This document shows, in pieces, positions 30,774 to 40,358 of a stretch of 64,000 nucleotides of DNA; within the stretch, counting starts at the first letter, position 1; each line of letters starts with the position of its first letter. Made by a program: the position numbers and the translations under genes. The notes under the pieces were generated by a model, which did no database searches, was not told where the DNA came from, and saw nothing but the letters and a program-made list of their open reading frames with translations. The DNA is taken from IMG/VR virus record IMGVR_UViG_3300010233_000006; one strand, written 5' to 3'. The DNA comes from an uncultured virus (IMG/VR IMGVR_UViG_3300010233_000006). Taxonomy: Duplodnaviria > Heunggongvirae > Uroviricota > Caudoviricetes.

Positions 30774-30799
30774 AGTATGCCTCCAGAAGGGTTGGACTT

Positions 30800-31552
30800 T
30801 CACGATAAGATGCTCCGCAACGTCCAGAAATCCCCTGATAAGTCGGCACTCAATAGATAGGCGTAGGGCATCCAGAAATAGCCGCTCAGCCCCCATCCTG
30901 CTCCCCATGAATTCCGACACCAGAACTGTTGACGCTTCTCGTTGTAGCCGATGCACAACACCGCATGGCCACCGAGCATTGATTCGGACGCGGATGGCAT
31001 CGGAACCACACCGGTCTTCGCCACCGCATTTGACTCAAACGAATCGTAGACCGAGAATCCGAAGACGAAGGGGAAGCGCTGCGCCAGACAGCCACGCATC
31101 GAATTGAGGTCCTGTCCGACTGCCCAATAGGAAACGCCTTTGTGCGCTAGGCCGGCAGCATAGGCCTGTGGAGATGGCTTCACCGCGAAGCGGCCGGTAT
31201 CGTATGGCCACAATACTTCCGAACAAGCGCCATAATCAGCCATCGCCTTCATACAATCCCGAAGAGTGGCGCCCGAATCGGACGGGACCGTCCCCTCGAT
31301 CACCCGTTCGTTGTAGTAAATGAACAAGCGGGACGGTTCGACTTGTGGCAATTTCTGCCGGAATTGATCGAATGCAATTGCTCCGGCCCCGGCGTTGGCC
31401 GTGCAAGATCCCAATTGTTCCTGATCGTAGATCGGCGGCAGCCCGCTGCGCAGATCCACATAAGACGGAAACCTTGTGGGGGCCAAAGACTGGAAACGCC
31501 AATCACGCTGATCGGGAAGTTGACGTTTCCAGCCGTATCTCTGCATTGGCAT
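30800..31552 (-). CDS. papain-like cysteine peptidase (C1A)
   Basis: QEQLGSCTANA (Cys), GGHAV (His), RNSWG (Asn). Confidence 0.92.
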   Translation of the reverse strand: MPMQRYGWKRQLPDQRDWRFQSLAPTRFPSYVDLRSGLPPIYDQEQLGSCTANAGAGAIAFDQFRQKLPQVEPSRLFIYYNERVIEGTVPSDSGATLRDCMKAMADYGACSEVLWPYDTGRFAVKPSPQAYAAGLAHKGVSYWAVGQDLNSMRGCLAQRFPFVFGFSVYDSFESNAVAKTGVVPMPSASESMLGGHAVLCIGYNEKRQQFWCRNSWGAGWGLSGYFWMPYAYLLSADLSGDFWTLRSILS

Positions 31553-32628
31553 TATCTGACTCCATGGGAAATATAGAATACATTCGACATCCCGAGGAAG
31601 TCCATCCAGCCCCGGAACGCATCTGCATTATGCGTTTCAAGAGCCTTCAGCCCGTCCTCGGCGGCACCGGGGTCGTGTATCAGAGATCGACCGATCTGCG
31701 CCACGTCATCCGAGTCGTCGAAGTGAGCCGTCCAATGCTTCGGGGCCCAATCGATAGCGGCACTCACCACGGAGGGCACGCCCTCCGCGATCCCGTCCGC
31801 AGTCACCATATTGAAGCTTTCGGTGTACGAGCAGTTTACGAGCAGGTGCATGGAACGGACCAGATCCCGAAATTTCGGCCAGTCCGCCCAGGGAGACTGC
31901 ATCAACACGATTCCCGGAATTTGGGAAACCATCGACTTCACGGCTTCGAGCACCGTCTGGCCGCCACCCTCGGCGCGTCCGCTGTTCACCCAGATTTCGG
32001 TCGCGGCTTTCAGTTCATTGGCGATCAGCAAGGCGGCATTGGTCGCGGTCATGAGATTCTTCAGCGGCCGGAAGGCCCCGAAGCACCCAATGCGCAAAGT
32101 TCCACCATTCCACAACGCCCTCCTCGGCTTCGCCGTGCTGTCCAGGTAATACATGTTCCCCAGATATAGATTGGGGGCGGCGAAGCTTTTCTCGAGAGCT
32201 CTCGCGCCTTTCCGGGAGTTCGAAGCCGTGGCAAAGTTCAAACTACCTTGCGCCAGATCAACGTACTCCCGGATCAGTTTCACGCCATTACTATCGGCTT
32301 GGAGAAATCCGATGTTCGAGTGACAGGAAACCGCAAATTGGACGTGCCCAAATCGCCGGATGATGCTGCCTAAATCGGGAGTCGTAATCCAGGGTGCCGA
32401 TACGATGACGTCTGTCACGTCTGGCCTAATCGCCTGGACGAGTTGATCTGCCGTGGCTACCGGCGCGACGGTCGTTCGGATTCCATGCGCACGCAGCACC
32501 TTGGCGGTATTGAGCGCAGCCACCCCCAGGCCGATATGGGAGACGTTCGGTCCGGCAAAATTCTTGTAGGCGAACAAGACATGAGCGGTTTCTGGGGAGC
32601 GCTGTGAAGGGACTCGGAGATAATGCAT
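31552..32628 (-). CDS. glycosyltransferase, GT-B/GT4-like
   Basis: RPLKN; SYTESFNMVTADGIAEGVPSVVS. Confidence 0.7.
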   Translation of the reverse strand: MHYLRVPSQRSPETAHVLFAYKNFAGPNVSHIGLGVAALNTAKVLRAHGIRTTVAPVATADQLVQAIRPDVTDVIVSAPWITTPDLGSIIRRFGHVQFAVSCHSNIGFLQADSNGVKLIREYVDLAQGSLNFATASNSRKGARALEKSFAAPNLYLGNMYYLDSTAKPRRALWNGGTLRIGCFGAFRPLKNLMTATNAALLIANELKAATEIWVNSGRAEGGGQTVLEAVKSMVSQIPGIVLMQSPWADWPKFRDLVRSMHLLVNCSYTESFNMVTADGIAEGVPSVVSAAIDWAPKHWTAHFDDSDDVAQIGRSLIHDPGAAEDGLKALETHNADAFRGWMDFLGMSNVFYISHGVR

Positions 32629-32968
32629 TACGACAATAGTACTCTCAAAAGGCTGCGAATTTATGACAAACCTCGCACACGGTAGAAGAGATTTCGATAT
32701 CTCGGTGGAGACGATTCAGGACGCCATACGGACGGCAGAGACGCTACGACGACACGACATCACGAATCAGCACGACGGGAGCCAGAAGCACACGGGAGAG
32801 GATGGTTGGCCCCGTAAACGCTCGGCATCATGCCGCCATTTTCCACTTTCGACGTAGTATACGATCACTCCTCCCAAGGTTGCCGCCCAATAGTCGAAGG
32901 CCGCAGAGAACCCGCTCGGGAAGCAGGTAACGCACTTGCCGCGCTGGACGGCCCAGAGCATAAGCCCC

Positions 32969-34291
32969 TTACCCTTGCCAGGCGTAGGTGATTCTGTTTC
33001 GCTTGCTTACATCCACTGCCTGTGGATTTCCGCCCCATGGGTTGACGCCGATATTGCATACGGCACCGCTGGTATCAGCGCCGAATGTGACATCGCCGTC
33101 GAACGGTGTGAAATCAAGGTCGAATCGGCCGCCCTGCATCTTGTCGGTCAACAGTTGGTGCCGTGGCTGATCTGCGCGCCCGTACCACCCCGTACCTCCC
33201 AGTTGACAACCGGAAACTTCCAACTTTCGCGAAACGTTGAAGCCGACATGCCCCTTCGCATTTCCTATCCCGAACTGGAACACGCTGGAGAATCCCTCTA
33301 CGATGAGATCGCGAAACTTCAACGCCACCGGTCCATAGGATTCCCCGTTCCAATCCGCCGCGAGTACGCGCACGGAGACAGGCATGCCACAGATGGCGGC
33401 GCCGAAAATCCCGCCTCCGAATCCGGGACGCACCCCTTCCGGCAAGACCAGCGGGGCCCATTGGAACATGGGCATGTCGGTGAGGTCTCCAACTATCGCA
33501 GGCGGGAAATTCGCGAAGTCGTAGGCGTATAAGCCACCTTCGAACCGGACGTTGTCTCCCCCAACAATGTTGATGATGGGCGCTATCGGCATCCTGCTGG
33601 TGGAACCATTGACGGGTAGCCTCCCGGCGTATATGATGCAGTTGCGGAACACCGTATTTTCCCCTATTGCTTGGGGCACCGCCGGGTTGTTGACTATCTC
33701 GATGGCCGTGCCGATGTTCCCACAGATCGAGATCTCGCTGTTGACACACCCGTTCGAGACGCCGCGGTAGCTGATGACCGGCGGCGGAAGAGCGGCGTTA
33801 GTGAAACGCCCGGAAAGTGAGACGTTGAATCCCACTCCGCGCACGCAGGCCCGTGTCCATTGGCGGGATACGGAAAGCATTGACGGGTCGGCAACAAGCA
33901 TCGGGCCGGAATCGGAACTGTCCCGCGCCTGCAGGATCGAGCACTTGGCATCGCCGGAGCGACCGCCCATCAATCCATCACCCTGCAGAATGGTGCCGGG
34001 ATAGGAGAAATGCAGTGGACCTGTCAGCGATACGCCAGGCGGGATATAGACGACATTCGGAGCGCCCGGCTTGGCTACGGTGTCGAGAGCTCGCTGAATG
34101 GCTGCGGTATCATCCGTAGAGCCATCGCATTTGGCCCCAGCGTCCCGCACGTCGATTACGCGAGAGAATCCGATACTCGGAGACGGCACCGGCGCCGGAG
34201 GCTGCTGGCCGGCCTGCAAAGCAGCGACGGCGGCCTTGAGAAAGGCAATGTCGGAATCGACTTGGGAGGCGGCGGATGCGAGTTGGGACAT
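32969..34291 (-). CDS. pectate-lyase-3-like beta-helix protein (tailspike-like)
   Basis: IDVRDAGAKCDGSTDDTAAIQRALD...VYIPPG. Confidence 0.8.
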   Translation of the reverse strand: MSQLASAASQVDSDIAFLKAAVAALQAGQQPPAPVPSPSIGFSRVIDVRDAGAKCDGSTDDTAAIQRALDTVAKPGAPNVVYIPPGVSLTGPLHFSYPGTILQGDGLMGGRSGDAKCSILQARDSSDSGPMLVADPSMLSVSRQWTRACVRGVGFNVSLSGRFTNAALPPPVISYRGVSNGCVNSEISICGNIGTAIEIVNNPAVPQAIGENTVFRNCIIYAGRLPVNGSTSRMPIAPIINIVGGDNVRFEGGLYAYDFANFPPAIVGDLTDMPMFQWAPLVLPEGVRPGFGGGIFGAAICGMPVSVRVLAADWNGESYGPVALKFRDLIVEGFSSVFQFGIGNAKGHVGFNVSRKLEVSGCQLGGTGWYGRADQPRHQLLTDKMQGGRFDLDFTPFDGDVTFGADTSGAVCNIGVNPWGGNPQAVDVSKRNRITYAWQG

Positions 34292-34294
34292 GAT

Positions 34295-34561
34295 TTAGTG
34301 CTTGATCGGCTTACCGTCCATCAGGAGGACACCGGCTTTGGTGCGGCAGTAGATGTGCTTGTAGTCGCCCGGCTTGGCTTTCTTGATTCGCGGGTCGACA
34401 CATGGCCACGGCCATGCTTCACTTCCGAGTGTTGTGCCCGGCCCGGGGTATTCGATCCAGACTGGACCGCCGCGGCTCGTTGTAGTCGGTGGCGGCGAGG
34501 GAATCGGCTTGAATTCCTGCCCGAAGGCCGCGACTACAGACAGGAACAGGAAGATCCGCAT
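34295..34561 (-). CDS. small signal-peptide protein
   Basis: MRIFLFLSVVAAFG|Q. Confidence 0.55.
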   Translation of the reverse strand: MRIFLFLSVVAAFGQEFKPIPSPPPTTTSRGGPVWIEYPGPGTTLGSEAWPWPCVDPRIKKAKPGDYKHIYCRTKAGVLLMDGKPIKH

Positions 34562-34673
34562 GTTAATCCACATGGTGCTGCTCTTCCCAATGTGCCGCTC
34601 CCATCGCAAGGAAAAAAGCGATGGCGGCCACGATCACCGGCAATGCGAGGATGAAGAGAAGAACGCTCATGGC

Positions 34674-35255
34674 TTACTCTATCACTCTTTCAAACTGTAT
34701 TCGTAGGGAATATGTGCATTCCATATGCACCGAGTGTCCCAGCGTGTTTTCGAAGCTGGCCAGTTTCAGGTACAGCGTATCGGCGTCCAGAAACGTCCGC
34801 TCTTCCCGCAGATCGACATCGAACGGTACCCGGATCGGCTGGTCTGAGATCCCCGCTTGCAGATAGATCGGCACTCCTTCGGCGCACACCATTGGGCAGA
34901 CCGGTGAGCCTTCCTTGATGGTGGTCGAGAACCCCAGTAGCACGCCGGCATAGGCACCCCGCTTTACTGGTGCCTCGCCTTCCATCACCTTGGGCCAGGC
35001 AATCAGATCTCCCCGGATCCGGAGAATCCGCACCCGGTAGCCGGCCGGAACCTTGAACACCATCGGCAGAACAGCGGAATCGGCATGGCCCCAGATACAA
35101 GGCCCTGAGCCGCAGGTCTGCCCCTGCATCCGGGAATCCACCGGTCCATAGCTGTCCACCGGCCAGTTGCCTGTTTGGGTTGGTACCGCTATAACTGACG
35201 GCTGCTGGGCACAGGATGGGAGCGCGAGGGCCAATAGGAGGAGCAGAGATCTCAT
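34674..35255 (-). CDS. exported protein or lipoprotein
   Basis: MRSLLLLLALALPSCA|QQ. Confidence 0.6.
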   Translation of the reverse strand: MRSLLLLLALALPSCAQQPSVIAVPTQTGNWPVDSYGPVDSRMQGQTCGSGPCIWGHADSAVLPMVFKVPAGYRVRILRIRGDLIAWPKVMEGEAPVKRGAYAGVLLGFSTTIKEGSPVCPMVCAEGVPIYLQAGISDQPIRVPFDVDLREERTFLDADTLYLKLASFENTLGHSVHMECTYSLRIQFERVIE

Positions 35256-35391
35256 GTCACCAGCATACCGTTGCGCAAGAATCCATGCCATTGAGGAACC
35301 TCGCTTTCAATGCAGAGGATCGAATGACGACACGGCGTCACGAATCAGTACGACGGAAACCGAAGCGCCACAACAGACGATGGTTGACCCT

Positions 35392-35664
35392 TCAGTTCGA
35401 GTTGGCGGAATCGTCAACTGGAGGTGCCGGGGTTGCCACGTATTCTGGTCCCAAGTCCTGAACATAACCTGCCATGTTGAGATCTGTGCTTGGGTTATAT
35501 TCCCGTGCTGAGATCACATAATTGGAGGCTAGGCTTGTTGCTGGGTCTACCTGGACGTGTCCGGTGGGATCGGTATCCGACTGGACGACGATGGTGTTTC
35601 CGTTAGTGGGGCCGGTGCCTGCTGCATTCAGTGGGCCGGCGAGAGTGCAAAACCAAAGTTTCAT
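35392..35664 (-). CDS. hypothetical protein downstream of fibre
   Basis: AAGGA RBS; 90-aa ORF. Confidence 0.55.
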   Translation of the reverse strand: MKLWFCTLAGPLNAAGTGPTNGNTIVVQSDTDPTGHVQVDPATSLASNYVISAREYNPSTDLNMAGYVQDLGPEYVATPAPPVDDSANSN

Positions 35665-35679
35665 GATGATGAATTCCTT

Positions 35680-38600
35680 TCAACAGTGTGTCACGATTCC
35701 AGCAGAAGTAGCAAACGAGGCAGTCGGTGGTCCAGAACACGTTTGCCCGAGAACTCCTCCCGGAGCAACGATTATAGTGGACACATTCAAGCCATTAAAG
35801 ATGCCACTACCGGCATACACATGAGACCATGGTAGTGAGGAAGTCCCTAAATCATAAGTACTGCCAGCAGTTGGAACTAGACCTCCAGTAACATTCCCAA
35901 AAATAGATGAGGCTATGGATATGCCAGAGTTGAATGTTGCCGTGGTTTGGTAAGTATTGAAACCCGTCCATGTATTATTCCCGCTCAGGCTGACGCCTCC
36001 ACAAGCCGGGCAAGAAGTCACGTTCAGCGTCCCGATAGTGGCAGTGACGAAGTGCGCATCATTCCACCGGCATGGGCCCACTCCTCCGTTGATATTGGGA
36101 GCGCATGGCCCTGTCGTTCCGAGCGATCCCGTGTTATCGCTCACAGGATTAATGCCGGTTGCGGTCACGACGGCGCGTTTGACTCTTCCATTCGAGCCCG
36201 CCGCTACTGTCTCAAAATAGATATCCGCTCCATTGTTGGAGAAGCCCCAATTTTCATTCGCGAGCATCGAGATGGCCGCACTCCCCGAGGTCGTGAACCC
36301 GAGCCCGGAAACATAGCCGCGCCCCGACAGGCTGAACAGGACGCCGCCGCTTATGGTGGAGGAGGGAGATGCGTAGGTTCCGTTAGCGTTGCGACCGAGA
36401 AAGCTCGGAATCCCGTTGGCGTACCCGTCCGCCACATAGAACGCAGAACCTTGGGTAGCAATTTGTGCGATGGTTCCAGGGGGGACATCAATCGGAACCA
36501 ATCCCAATTCAGCCGCGAAACCTCTATAGGTACCGTATCGCAAAGAGCGGGAACCTACATCAAATACCGCATCCTGCGTTGGTAGCAGATTAGCAGTATG
36601 CACACAGTTGGCACAGCCGGTGATAGCTGGCGGAGTGCCTTGGGTGGGGTTGTTGGATGCTTCTACTCGGAACCTTGCTGTGACATGACCTCCGTCCCGT
36701 ATTTCGAAGGCAGATGTCAATGTAGAGCCGTTGAATCCGTCGATGATTAGACCCGGTTCGGTTCCGAGTGCTTGAGAAATATGGACAGATGCGTTGTTCG
36801 TTACCGGTCCCGGATTGAGAACGATGTTTCCGTTGGTGGAATTCGATCCAGTGATATTGATCGGTGCTCCGGAGAATGCTGCTGTAATGTTCGGTGTGCT
36901 GTTCAGATTGATTCCGCCTAGGAAGGTGGCCGCCTGGTTGTGATTGGTAGGTCCGGTGAGGTCAATTGTTGTGGGCGTTGAAGAAGCGTTGTAGGATTTG
37001 ATGAAGCTGGTATGGGAGCCAGGATCGTGATAAACCTGAAGGCCGACTGCTGTACTTGGCGGGTTGACCGTGGTTTGGCCGGTGACAAAGAATCCGTTGG
37101 CCACGCTGCCGCCCGATCCGCATGGGCTGCCCGAACACGACAGCGTAGCAAACGTGGCATTGCGTGATGCGTCGATTACTGTGGTTCCTCCCATTTTGTA
37201 AGCAGAGGACGGTCCCGTGGCGTTGAATTGTCCGAAGGCGGAAACGTTCCCGTTGCCGTCCACCTGGAAGTTGGTGTTGACCGTTTGGAAGGCGATGGAA
37301 GATCCCGTGATCGGCGATTGGATGGAACCGACCGCGTTGATGATAACGACGCCATTCATCTTCAGGAAGGATCCGGAAGAGGTTAGATTCAGATCGCCAA
37401 GGGCACTTACATTCCCGTTGCCATCCACCTGGAACGGAGTGCCAAGTCCGTTAGCGATCTGGAATCCTATGGCCGCGCCTGATGCCTGAGACTGGATGGT
37501 GCCGCTCGAATTCAACAGCGTGAACCATCCTTCATGCCAAGGAAAACCGACAGTGCCGAAATCATTCGAGCCAGTTACCTGGATCGGCCCTGTCATCGTG
37601 CCGCCGACGAGGGGAAGCGCATGCAGATCAGCCGTCTTCCAGGCCGACGCCACGTCATCCCACAGCAAATATATCGTTCCAGATTGGTGGGCCACAGCCC
37701 CAAATCCAGCGGCCGGTGTATTCAGTGTTCCCGTGGTCTGATTCTTCAGATATACGGCCTGCTCGGCCGTAACTCCGAGCTTTACATGGATGCCACCCAG
37801 AAGAGAATCGATGGAGTTGTAATCGGTGGCTGTCGTTGCCAGCCCACCCATCGCCAGAAAATACGAATTCAGATTCAGCCCAATCAGCGGATTATTGCCT
37901 ATCGGGGCACCGCAGGCACTCGGTGGCATCAACGGAGAAGTTGAAACCCAAAGGACCGCGTCATCTGGAGAAAATGAATCGCCCGTGAGCGGCAAGGGCT
38001 GCGTCACTACATTACCAAAAATATCAATGCATTGGATGAGGCTGTCATATGGATTATAGGTTACCGGGGTGAGATGAACATATCCTCCCTTTGTGCCCGC
38101 GAGATTTTGCGATATGGTGCTGGCTCGAAATAGAGTTCCGTCCGAGCCGGAATTGGCAGCATTGATCGACCCACCGGCAGTGAAGCTGACCGCAGAAGCG
38201 CTTACGTTGATCGCCGATAACGCATTCGCATTGTCATAGCTTAGCCAGTTGGTGGAGTGGTCTGATGGGTTGTACCAGGCCTGCCAGCCTACAGTGGTAA
38301 CTGGGGGGCCTACTGCCGTCTTGCCGGTCACCTGGAAGCCGTTCACGACGGCGGCGGCTCCGCATGGGCTGCCCGAACACGACAGCGTAGCAAACGTGGC
38401 ATTGCGTGATGCGTCGATTACTGTGGTTCCTCCCATTTTGTAAGCAGAGGACGGTCCCGTGGCGTTGAATTGTCCGAAGGCGGAAACGTTCCCGTTGCCG
38501 TCCACCTGGAAGTTGGTGTTGACCGTTTGGAAGGCGATGGAAGATCCCGTGATCGGCGATTGGATGGAACCGACCGCGTTGATGATAACGACGCCATTCA

Positions 38601-39882
38601 TCTTCAGGAAGGATCCGGAAGAGGTTAGATTCAGATCGCCAAGGGCACTTACATTCCCGTTGCCATCCACCTGGAACGGAGTGCCAAGTCCGTTAGCGAT
38701 CTGGAATCCTATGGCCGCGCCTGATGCCTGAGACTGGATGGTGCCGCTCGAATTCAACAGCGTGAACCATCCTTCATGCCAAGGAAAACCGACAGTGCCG
38801 AAATCATTCGAGCCAGTTACCTGGATCGGCCCTGTCATCGTGCCGCCGACGAGGGGAAGCGCATGCAGATCAGCCGTCTTCCAGGCCGACGCCACGTCAT
38901 CCCACAGCAAATATATCGTTCCAGATTGGTGGGCCACAGCCCCAAATCCAGCGGCCGGTGTATTCAGTGTTCCCGTGGTCTGATTCTTCAGATATACGGC
39001 CTGCTCGGCCGTAACTCCGAGCTTTACATGGATGCCACCCAGAAGAGAATCGATGGAGTTGTAATCGGTGGCTGTCGTTGCCAGCCCACCCATCGCCAGA
39101 AAATACGAATTCAGATTCAGCCCAATCAGCGGATTATTGCCTATCGGGGCACCGCAGGCACTCGGTGGCATCAACGGAGAAGTTGAAACCCAAAGGACCG
39201 CGTCATCTGGAGAAAATGAATCGCCCGTGAGCGGCAAGGGCTGCGTCACTACATTACCAAAAATATCAATGCATTGGATGAGGCTGTCATATGGATTATA
39301 GGTTACCGGGGTGAGATGAACATATCCTCCCTTTGTGCCCGCGAGATTTTGCGATATGGTGCTGGCTCGAAATAGAGTTCCGTCCGAGCCGGAATTGGCA
39401 GCATTGATCGACCCACCGGCAGTGAAGCTGACCGCAGAAGCGCTTACGTTGATCGCCGATAACGCATTCGCATTGTCATAGCTTAGCCAGTTGGTGGAGT
39501 GGTCTGATGGGTTGTACCAGGCCTGCCAGCCTACAGTGGTAACTGGGGGGCCCACTGCGGTCTTGCCGGTAACCTGAAATCCGTTGACGACCGCTGCGGC
39601 TCCGCAGGAGGAGATGGTCCAGGTTCCCGTGCCGTCATCCTGGACGCAGCCGACTGCGGTAGCACCCGGTAGCCGGAAGACCTGGTTTGCGCTGATCGAA
39701 TCGGGAGGACTCAGGCTGATATGGTGGGGAGAAACCTGTTTGTCGCGGAACTGCACTTCTCCAACTGCTCCAGGACCACTGCCGGTTCCAGTCGTAGGAA
39801 TTACTTCGAAAATATTGGACCGGGTGGATTGGGCAAAGGACGCCGGCGCTAGGAGAAGCACGCAGATAAGCTTGAGATTCAT
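35680..39882 (-). CDS. tail-fibre-like protein with signal peptide and internal 414-aa duplication
   Basis: Position after tail tip; repeated PxxDxxxDLGxxxxxW-like fibre motifs; MNLKLICVLLLAPASFA|Q. Confidence 0.8.
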   Translation of the reverse strand: MNLKLICVLLLAPASFAQSTRSNIFEVIPTTGTGSGPGAVGEVQFRDKQVSPHHISLSPPDSISANQVFRLPGATAVGCVQDDGTGTWTISSCGAAAVVNGFQVTGKTAVGPPVTTVGWQAWYNPSDHSTNWLSYDNANALSAINVSASAVSFTAGGSINAANSGSDGTLFRASTISQNLAGTKGGYVHLTPVTYNPYDSLIQCIDIFGNVVTQPLPLTGDSFSPDDAVLWVSTSPLMPPSACGAPIGNNPLIGLNLNSYFLAMGGLATTATDYNSIDSLLGGIHVKLGVTAEQAVYLKNQTTGTLNTPAAGFGAVAHQSGTIYLLWDDVASAWKTADLHALPLVGGTMTGPIQVTGSNDFGTVGFPWHEGWFTLLNSSGTIQSQASGAAIGFQIANGLGTPFQVDGNGNVSALGDLNLTSSGSFLKMNGVVIINAVGSIQSPITGSSIAFQTVNTNFQVDGNGNVSAFGQFNATGPSSAYKMGGTTVIDASRNATFATLSCSGSPCGAAAVVNGFQVTGKTAVGPPVTTVGWQAWYNPSDHSTNWLSYDNANALSAINVSASAVSFTAGGSINAANSGSDGTLFRASTISQNLAGTKGGYVHLTPVTYNPYDSLIQCIDIFGNVVTQPLPLTGDSFSPDDAVLWVSTSPLMPPSACGAPIGNNPLIGLNLNSYFLAMGGLATTATDYNSIDSLLGGIHVKLGVTAEQAVYLKNQTTGTLNTPAAGFGAVAHQSGTIYLLWDDVASAWKTADLHALPLVGGTMTGPIQVTGSNDFGTVGFPWHEGWFTLLNSSGTIQSQASGAAIGFQIANGLGTPFQVDGNGNVSALGDLNLTSSGSFLKMNGVVIINAVGSIQSPITGSSIAFQTVNTNFQVDGNGNVSAFGQFNATGPSSAYKMGGTTVIDASRNATFATLSCSGSPCGSGGSVANGFFVTGQTTVNPPSTAVGLQVYHDPGSHTSFIKSYNASSTPTTIDLTGPTNHNQAATFLGGINLNSTPNITAAFSGAPINITGSNSTNGNIVLNPGPVTNNASVHISQALGTEPGLIIDGFNGSTLTSAFEIRDGGHVTARFRVEASNNPTQGTPPAITGCANCVHTANLLPTQDAVFDVGSRSLRYGTYRGFAAELGLVPIDVPPGTIAQIATQGSAFYVADGYANGIPSFLGRNANGTYASPSSTISGGVLFSLSGRGYVSGLGFTTSGSAAISMLANENWGFSNNGADIYFETVAAGSNGRVKRAVVTATGINPVSDNTGSLGTTGPCAPNINGGVGPCRWNDAHFVTATIGTLNVTSCPACGGVSLSGNNTWTGFNTYQTTATFNSGISIASSIFGNVTGGLVPTAGSTYDLGTSSLPWSHVYAGSGIFNGLNVSTIIVAPGGVLGQTCSGPPTASFATSAGIVTHC
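37117..39600. repeat. 1242-bp in-frame tandem duplication
   Basis: 37117-38358 vs 38359-39600; identical alternate-frame ORFs offset by 1242. Confidence 0.95.
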
Positions 39883-40346
39883 GCTGCTAACATCCCGGTT
39901 GGAACTGTTTCCACATCGAGCGTCCAGTATGTTCCTTCGAATGTGAGAGGATACATCGTTCGTGTATTGGCTGTTCCATCGATCTGCTGGAGGGCGATAT
40001 TCGAAGCAAATCCTCCGCTCCCACTTGCGAAGGTAGGTCGCGCCCGTTGCCCGCTTCCGTCCTGATAGACAATCAGCCAGATTTTCAGACCGGCCGCAAT
40101 TGTTCCGCCAGTCCAGATCGGCTTATCCACGAAGACCTCTACCGAATTCAGATTCAAGCGAAAGATGAACCGTTGTCCTGGAGGGGACATGCCATCGCTA
40201 ATATCGATGGTGGCTGTCGATGGTGGGGGAGAACCACCGGTCGGCACGAGGACGTGATAACCAAAATTGCCAGTTGATCCACCCGAAGATGGAGAAGTGC
40301 CACCTGAGGTCCGCAGCTTGATGAGATTTCGGGCGAGGGCTGGCAC
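39879..40346 (-). CDS. minor tail protein
   Basis: Between tail tip and fibre; LIVYQDGSGQR segment typical of phage fibre-associated domains. Confidence 0.6.
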   Translation of the reverse strand: MPALARNLIKLRTSGGTSPSSGGSTGNFGYHVLVPTGGSPPPSTATIDISDGMSPPGQRFIFRLNLNSVEVFVDKPIWTGGTIAAGLKIWLIVYQDGSGQRARPTFASGSGGFASNIALQQIDGTANTRTMYPLTFEGTYWTLDVETVPTGMLAA

Positions 40347-40358
40347 GTCTGAGGCTTC

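Noticed and set aside
30774..30793. In-window target for the orphan guide
   Set aside because: By eye I found only an 8-nt match near 20316, without TCAT; not meaningful, though the search was not exhaustive
37117..39600. Diversity-generating retroelement TR/VR pair
   Set aside because: Differences are synonymous and not adenine-specific; no reverse transcriptase in the window
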